Source of the DNA: Oceanispirochaeta sp.
Lineage (GTDB): Bacteria; Spirochaetota; Spirochaetia; DSM-2461
DNA: 64,000 nucleotides
Direction: 5' to 3'
Assembly: GCA_963663385.2 (NCBI GenBank)
Contig: CAXXXD010000002.1
Location: 1,568,001 to 1,632,000 of the forward strand
Shown here: in pieces, positions 59,227 through 64,000 of the stretch
Layout of the letters: each line of letters opens with the position of its first letter
How positions within the stretch are numbered: the stretch's first letter is position 1
Translations under genes and position numbers: made by a program
Notes under the pieces: generated by a model
Told to the model about the DNA's origin: nothing
What the model saw: the letters and a program-made list of their open reading frames with translations, nothing else
The model's database searches: none

Positions 59227-60219
59227 TCAGGCCAGTATCGCCGCTTTCGCTTCGGTTATTTCCCATTTCAGGTCATCCCCCTTTACAAATCTCTTCAGCT
59301 CTTCGACCATATATCGGCCCATCCGTCCGCATTCTCTGTCCATAGATCCCGCCAGATGGGGGGTGAGCAGGACATTCTCCATTTCGTAAAGTGGGGATCC
59401 GTCAACCGGCGGCTCAGGGTGGGTGACATCGAGAAGGGCTGTCAGATCGCTTCTTTCGTTAAAGACCTCGATTAAATCTTCCTCGTTGACCACGGCGCCT
59501 CTGGCAGTGTTGATAAAAGTGGCCCCCTCTTTCATTTTTCTGAAAAGCGACCCGTCTATCATCCCTTCGGTCTCCTTCAGCCAGGGGGTGTGAAGACTGA
59601 TCACATCGGACTGGATAAAGAGTTCTTCCAGCGTGACCAGCCGGATTCCCAGTTTCTCCGCGTCCTCCCGGGATACAAAGGGGTCGTATGCCAGCACTTC
59701 CAGGTCGAAGGATTGGAGCAGTTCCGCTACTCTTCTGCCGATCATTCCCAGAGACACAAGCCCTACAGTGCTTCTGAACGCTCCGGGTACGGGAATTTTG
59801 GTCACAATTTTTTTTTCCTTCCGGATTCTGCTTATGTAATACCATCCCTTTTTAAGGGAGAAGAGTATCTGGGCGATGGTAAACTCCGAAACAGGAATGG
59901 CGTTGGCGGCATAGGCGCTTGTCATTTTTATCTTTTTTGTCCAGAATTCCGGTGTGATAATATGTTTGACCGATCCGGCACCGAAGAATACTGCTTCGAG
60001 GGAGGGGGCGGCTTCCAGAAACCCTTCGTCCAGTAAAGGCGCACCCCAGCCTGTAAAAATATAGCTGACTTCTTCCAGTTTCTCCTTCTGGTCCAGGGCT
60101 TCAGAGGCGTCCATAGGCGGGAAATCGATCACGGCATAGCTCTCTATCTCTTCTCTGACGCTTTGGGGATATACTTTATGGAAAGAGACCTTGTCCATTA
60201 TATAAAGGCCTTTTTTCAT
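59227..60219 (-). CDS. D-isomer-specific 2-hydroxyacid dehydrogenase
   Basis: SLGMIGR, SLHTP, INTARG, LDV and TPHLAG. Confidence 0.92.
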   Translation of the reverse strand: MKKGLYIMDKVSFHKVYPQSVREEIESYAVIDFPPMDASEALDQKEKLEEVSYIFTGWGAPLLDEGFLEAAPSLEAVFFGAGSVKHIITPEFWTKKIKMTSAYAANAIPVSEFTIAQILFSLKKGWYYISRIRKEKKIVTKIPVPGAFRSTVGLVSLGMIGRRVAELLQSFDLEVLAYDPFVSREDAEKLGIRLVTLEELFIQSDVISLHTPWLKETEGMIDGSLFRKMKEGATFINTARGAVVNEEDLIEVFNERSDLTALLDVTHPEPPVDGSPLYEMENVLLTPHLAGSMDRECGRMGRYMVEELKRFVKGDDLKWEITEAKAAILA

Positions 60220-61214
60220 TTTCTGCTCCTTATGGTGTCCCCTTCGATGTATTTGAAAGGGAGTTCCAGTTGAATCGGCTCAGCTTCTTTTTCGATTATG
60301 GTACGGAAAAACCACCGGCCGGCTTCCCGGCCCATTCCGCGCACTTCCAGATCGATGGTGCTGATTTTTTTTGGGAATATATTTCTGATGGGAGAGTTGT
60401 CAAATCCCGATAGATTCATTTCTCCGGGAATATCTATTCCCGCAGCCTCTGCCGAGGACATGAGGGAAACGGCGACTATGTCGTTAAAACAGACCAGCCA
60501 GTTGTATCCCTTGTTTCTGAGATTTTCTATAAAATCGGGAGATATATCCCCGAATGATTCTATTTCCCGTATAGCGAAGCCGGTAATGGATTTGGCTTCG
60601 CAGGTGTTCAGAAACGCCTCTTTTCTGAGAGTGTTGACAGTGCTGGCCGATTTGAAGCCCACATAGAGGGGCTTCAGATTCTGTTCGGATTCTCCGGCCT
60701 TATCAAAAAGGAAATCCATAGCGGCCCGGTTGTCCAGAGATATGAAATTCCTTTTTTCACTGCGTCTGTTCAGCAGCAGATAGGGAATGCCTCTATCCTC
60801 CAGCAGTTGTGTCATCCTTTCATAGGGGTCCGTAAAAGCGAATACCGCCCCGTCGATATCTCCGATTTTTTTGCTGTCCAGAACGGATATGCCGCCGTCG
60901 TTCAGTTCCGTAATTATATTGACTCTGGTGCCGGATAAACCCTCTTTCAAGCCGGAGATCAGAAGCGACGGATCATAGAACAGCAGATTCTGAGGCTGAT
61001 CGCTGTGAGGCAGAAACAAAACAATATTCAGAATGGCTCTGGAGCCGGGTCTTTTTATATTCCTTTTCTCGTATCCCATCTCCCTGGCGGTTTTTTGTAT
61101 CAGCTCGCTTTTTTCGGTGCCTATCAGAGAGGAGTTGTTCAGAACCCTCGATACGGTACTGACTGAGATGCCCAGCTTTTCGGCGATCTGATAAACTGTG
61201 ACTTTCCGGCTCAC
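60216..61214 (-). CDS. LacI family transcriptional regulator
   Basis: VTVYQIAEKLGISVSTVSRVLN; CFNDIVA and SGFDN. Confidence 0.9.
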   Translation of the reverse strand: MSRKVTVYQIAEKLGISVSTVSRVLNNSSLIGTEKSELIQKTAREMGYEKRNIKRPGSRAILNIVLFLPHSDQPQNLLFYDPSLLISGLKEGLSGTRVNIITELNDGGISVLDSKKIGDIDGAVFAFTDPYERMTQLLEDRGIPYLLLNRRSEKRNFISLDNRAAMDFLFDKAGESEQNLKPLYVGFKSASTVNTLRKEAFLNTCEAKSITGFAIREIESFGDISPDFIENLRNKGYNWLVCFNDIVAVSLMSSAEAAGIDIPGEMNLSGFDNSPIRNIFPKKISTIDLEVRGMGREAGRWFFRTIIEKEAEPIQLELPFKYIEGDTIRSRK

Positions 61215-62362
61215 TTGCTGGTCCTGTGCAGGTTTCTGTAGTACTCGTCAAAGAGTATGCATCCGTCGTTTACCTGCCGTATCATCAGTCTTGAACATCC
61301 CGAACAGGCTGTGCAGTAGTTTATTTTACGATCCGATCGCAGTTTTGCCGGATAGAGGGGATCGGAGAAGCTCATTCTTCCGAATCCCGCGAAATCGGCC
61401 GAACCGCCACTGATCATCTCTTCGGCGAAACCGGCGGCTTTATCTGCCAGAATCGTGTACCCTGATCCGATAACGGCCATTGACGTTCCCAGATTTTTAA
61501 CATGTTCGGCGTATCTGGCCAGATGCAGGTAAAAGTAAGAGGAGGGCCTTGTGGGTCTTGTAATTTCCGAAGTAACCCCCGGAATGCCTGCGGATACATT
61601 GACATAATCCATTCCCAGCCTGTCCATCAGTTTTACGACCTCATCCATCTCGTCCAGTTCTTCAATAATCCGCCCGGGAGCCATCGTTCCGCATCCTCCG
61701 CGGATTCCTTCGTAGAAAGACAGCCGTGAACCCAGAATGAAACTGCTGCTTTTAAGACCTTTGCGTATTTCGGCGATCCCCTCGGTGAGAAATCTCGTGC
61801 GGTTTTCGAAGGATCCGCCCCATTTGTCTTCCCTCGTATTGGCGGGCCTGAGCATCTCCGCCCCGAAGTAGCCGTGGCACATCTTAAAATCGCAGCCGTC
61901 GGCTCCCGCCTTCTCGGCCAGCAGTACCGACCGGATAAAAGCCTGTTTAATCTTTTCTATTTCTTCGGTTCTCAAGTAATCGGCATCGTCGGTTCCGGGA
62001 CAGATCGATGTTTTTCTGGAAAAAGGACCGCTTTTATATCCCGAATGGCTTACCTGGAACAGAATCAGGCCTTCGGGATTGATTTTCCTGTATTCGGCTA
62101 CAAGCTTTTTAAAACCGTCCAGATTCTCCCTGCTGAGAACCATTCCGTTCTTTCTTGCCAGTGATTCTTCTGTGACGGAAAGAGCTTCCACTATGACAAT
62201 GCCCCATTTTCCTTCGGCCAGTTTTTTATAGCGGTTCAACGCCCTTTCTGAAACGGAACCGCCTTTATCTCCGTCATTACCTTCCATAGCCTGGGAGACC
62301 AGCCTGTTGGGGGCTTTTTTGGCTCCTATCCTGAATGGTGTAAACAGTGTTTTGTATTCCAT
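61211..62362 (-). CDS. NADH:flavin oxidoreductase (old yellow enzyme family)
   Basis: NRLVSQAME, QVSHSG, KMCHGY, NTREDKWGGSFENR and CTACSGC. Confidence 0.9.
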   Translation of the reverse strand: MEYKTLFTPFRIGAKKAPNRLVSQAMEGNDGDKGGSVSERALNRYKKLAEGKWGIVIVEALSVTEESLARKNGMVLSRENLDGFKKLVAEYRKINPEGLILFQVSHSGYKSGPFSRKTSICPGTDDADYLRTEEIEKIKQAFIRSVLLAEKAGADGCDFKMCHGYFGAEMLRPANTREDKWGGSFENRTRFLTEGIAEIRKGLKSSSFILGSRLSFYEGIRGGCGTMAPGRIIEELDEMDEVVKLMDRLGMDYVNVSAGIPGVTSEITRPTRPSSYFYLHLARYAEHVKNLGTSMAVIGSGYTILADKAAGFAEEMISGGSADFAGFGRMSFSDPLYPAKLRSDRKINYCTACSGCSRLMIRQVNDGCILFDEYYRNLHRTSK

Positions 62363-62387
62363 ATTGTACTTCCTTTTCTATTTTCTC

Positions 62388-62407
62388 TATTGTTGCATGC
62401 AACAATA
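62388..62407. promoter_or_regulatory. Perfect 20-bp palindrome; candidate operator of the OYE-LacI operon
   Basis: tattgttgca|tgcaacaata; overlaps a putative minus-strand -10 (TTCACA-17 bp-TATTGT). Confidence 0.7.
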
Positions 62408-62445
62408 TTTAACACAGTTTTGCCTGTGAATATTTTCACCCCTGG

Positions 62446-64000
62446 TCAGTGCGGGGGGAGGTTGTCCGCGTAAGCGCCCGGGGATACTCCGACATATTTT
62501 TTGAATACGCGTATAAACGTGTTGGAGCTGTTGAAACCGACTTTCCCCGCCAGATCCTGAATCCTCGTATCCCGATCCCTTTCCAGAATCTCTTTAGCTT
62601 TTTCTATTCTGTGCTTGTTCAGTACGTCCTTGAAATTGGAACCGGTAACCCGTTTGAAAAGGATGCTGCTGTATTTTTCGGTAATATTAAGGTACTGAGA
62701 TATATCGTAAAGGCTTATATCCCTTGAATAGTTCTTACGGATGTACTTCATGATTTCTTCTGCCATATATTGATTGCTGTTGTTCCGGGTCGACGATACG
62801 GCGTCCAGTATCCGGTCGAAGAGTTCATGTATTTTTTTTCTGATCTGATCATCCTTTTCCAGGGAAAGGATATCGGTTACGTAAGTCATTTCATTCTCAA
62901 AAATCTGCAAATCGGCTAATTTAGTCTCCTGTTGAATCCTGTTGACTGAGGATATAAGGGAGAAGAGAAAATTCCTCTTTCTTTCCCGCGTCAGCTGGCG
63001 GCTAGTCATGTTCTCATCGATCAGGAGATTGAGGATCTTGGCTGTTTCTTCCCTGTTGCCGTCCAGAATGCAGTTGATCAGCCTGGTTTCTGTATTCAGG
63101 GGAAAGTAATAAGCGGCGTCTCTGAAAGTCCTCAGATCTTCTTTGGTCAGAATCTGCTTGATCCCGACGAAATCCCTGAATTCCATTATCTTATCGGCCT
63201 GGTTGAAGGATTCGTTGATCTTCCGGAAATCCTCCACAGCGCTTCCTATGGACGCCTTTATGACGATATCGTACTCTCCCTCTATTTCGGATATGAGTTT
63301 CATGACCGACTGTTCGGTTTTATCGAAGTATTCCCCTTTGAATATGAGAACAAACCGGTTGTTGTCCATATTGACAAAATTGATGAAATCGTTGTCCGAT
63401 GTGTAGGATCTGAATGTGTTTTTTACCAGAAAGATCATATCGCTCTGAAGATTGTCCTCTTCATCGTCAAGATTGAAAAGAACGACTTTGAACTGCCCCC
63501 GGGGGACGGGAAAATCCTTGTAGGACTCGATTTTAGAAACATTGATGCCGAAGAGAAGGTCCTTATGGAATTTCTCCAGGAGCAGATTCCTGTTTTTCCG
63601 GATGATTGCCTGCAGCTGACGGTTGTCCTCCTGAATCTCCTCCGCCGCGGAGTTGATAAATTCAAATTCATCAAGAAATCCCCCGGCGCCCCAGTTTTCC
63701 GAAAAGACGTTGACCACACGGGATACAGGCCTGTACAGGGTTGATGTTATTTTTCCGGCCAGCCAAAGGGACCCGGCGATTAGAAGGATAAAAGGGAGAA
63801 GGAACCGGATAAGGTAGTAGCCGCTGATTCCGCTATCCTGTTTATAAAGGCAGATATAATTCAGCAGGGGAGAAACCCTTGAGGAAACCATGTAGGCCCG
63901 GGTGCCTTTGTACATGATCGGTACGGGACTTATCTCCGCAGGGGAGGGAAGATCCATCTCCCCGTAGTAATCTTCCGTCCGGACGCCCGTCACCGGTCGG
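62446..64000 (-). CDS. Membrane-anchored AraC family regulator (YesS-like), 5' end outside the window
   Basis: TM helix, then a C-terminal AraC HTH (LFKRVTGSNF, VGFNSSNTFIRVFKKYVGVSPG). Confidence 0.88.
   Translation of the reverse strand, partial: RPVTGVRTEDYYGEMDLPSPAEISPVPIMYKGTRAYMVSSRVSPLLNYICLYKQDSGISGYYLIRFLLPFILLIAGSLWLAGKITSTLYRPVSRVVNVFSENWGAGGFLDEFEFINSAAEEIQEDNRQLQAIIRKNRNLLLEKFHKDLLFGINVSKIESYKDFPVPRGQFKVVLFNLDDEEDNLQSDMIFLVKNTFRSYTSDNDFINFVNMDNNRFVLIFKGEYFDKTEQSVMKLISEIEGEYDIVIKASIGSAVEDFRKINESFNQADKIMEFRDFVGIKQILTKEDLRTFRDAAYYFPLNTETRLINCILDGNREETAKILNLLIDENMTSRQLTRERKRNFLFSLISSVNRIQQETKLADLQIFENEMTYVTDILSLEKDDQIRKKIHELFDRILDAVSSTRNNSNQYMAEEIMKYIRKNYSRDISLYDISQYLNITEKYSSILFKRVTGSNFKDVLNKHRIEKAKEILERDRDTRIQDLAGKVGFNSSNTFIRVFKKYVGVSPGAYADNLPPH

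Overview
Bacterial chromosomal window, most likely from a free-living anaerobic spirochaete. This is inferred from the V-type ATPase operon, the Cys-less 'A|xGxxE' signal peptides and the many sugar ABC loci; it is not proven. Left to right: (1) the 3' end of a V/A-type ATPase operon (E, A, B, D) that continues into a universal stress protein and a PTS EIIA. (2) A phosphate/nucleotide neighbourhood with a Prune/PPX1-type DHH phosphatase, an orphan His-rich metal-binding protein with an upstream palindrome, a CYTH-Nudix fusion whose CYTH site is degenerate, and a membrane class III cyclase. (3) A decayed AT-rich patch: a LysE/EamB gene with an in-frame TGA at a Trp position, a Phd antitoxin remnant, and an IS3 end that decapitates a gene. 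(4) Housekeeping genes (ppiC, NitT/TauT ABC, NYN protein, rsmE, yhbY, dCMP deaminase, carbonic anhydrase, msrAB, an ECF sigma cassette), a ~200 bp BoxC/REPIN-like palindrome and two identical tandem tRNA-Phe transcription units. (5) About 38 kb made up mostly of carbohydrate loci: ROK/SDR/Rbs-type ABC; URO-D-like/two-component system/ABC/GH2 beta-mannosidase; ABC/cupin/clan GH-D hydrolase/two-component system; and an uncharacterised OYE-LacI-dehydrogenase-SDR-flavoprotein-isomerase operon with a perfect 20-bp operator. I saw no CRISPR array, rRNA, prophage or intact transposase. All family calls come from motif recognition by eye; no database searches were run.
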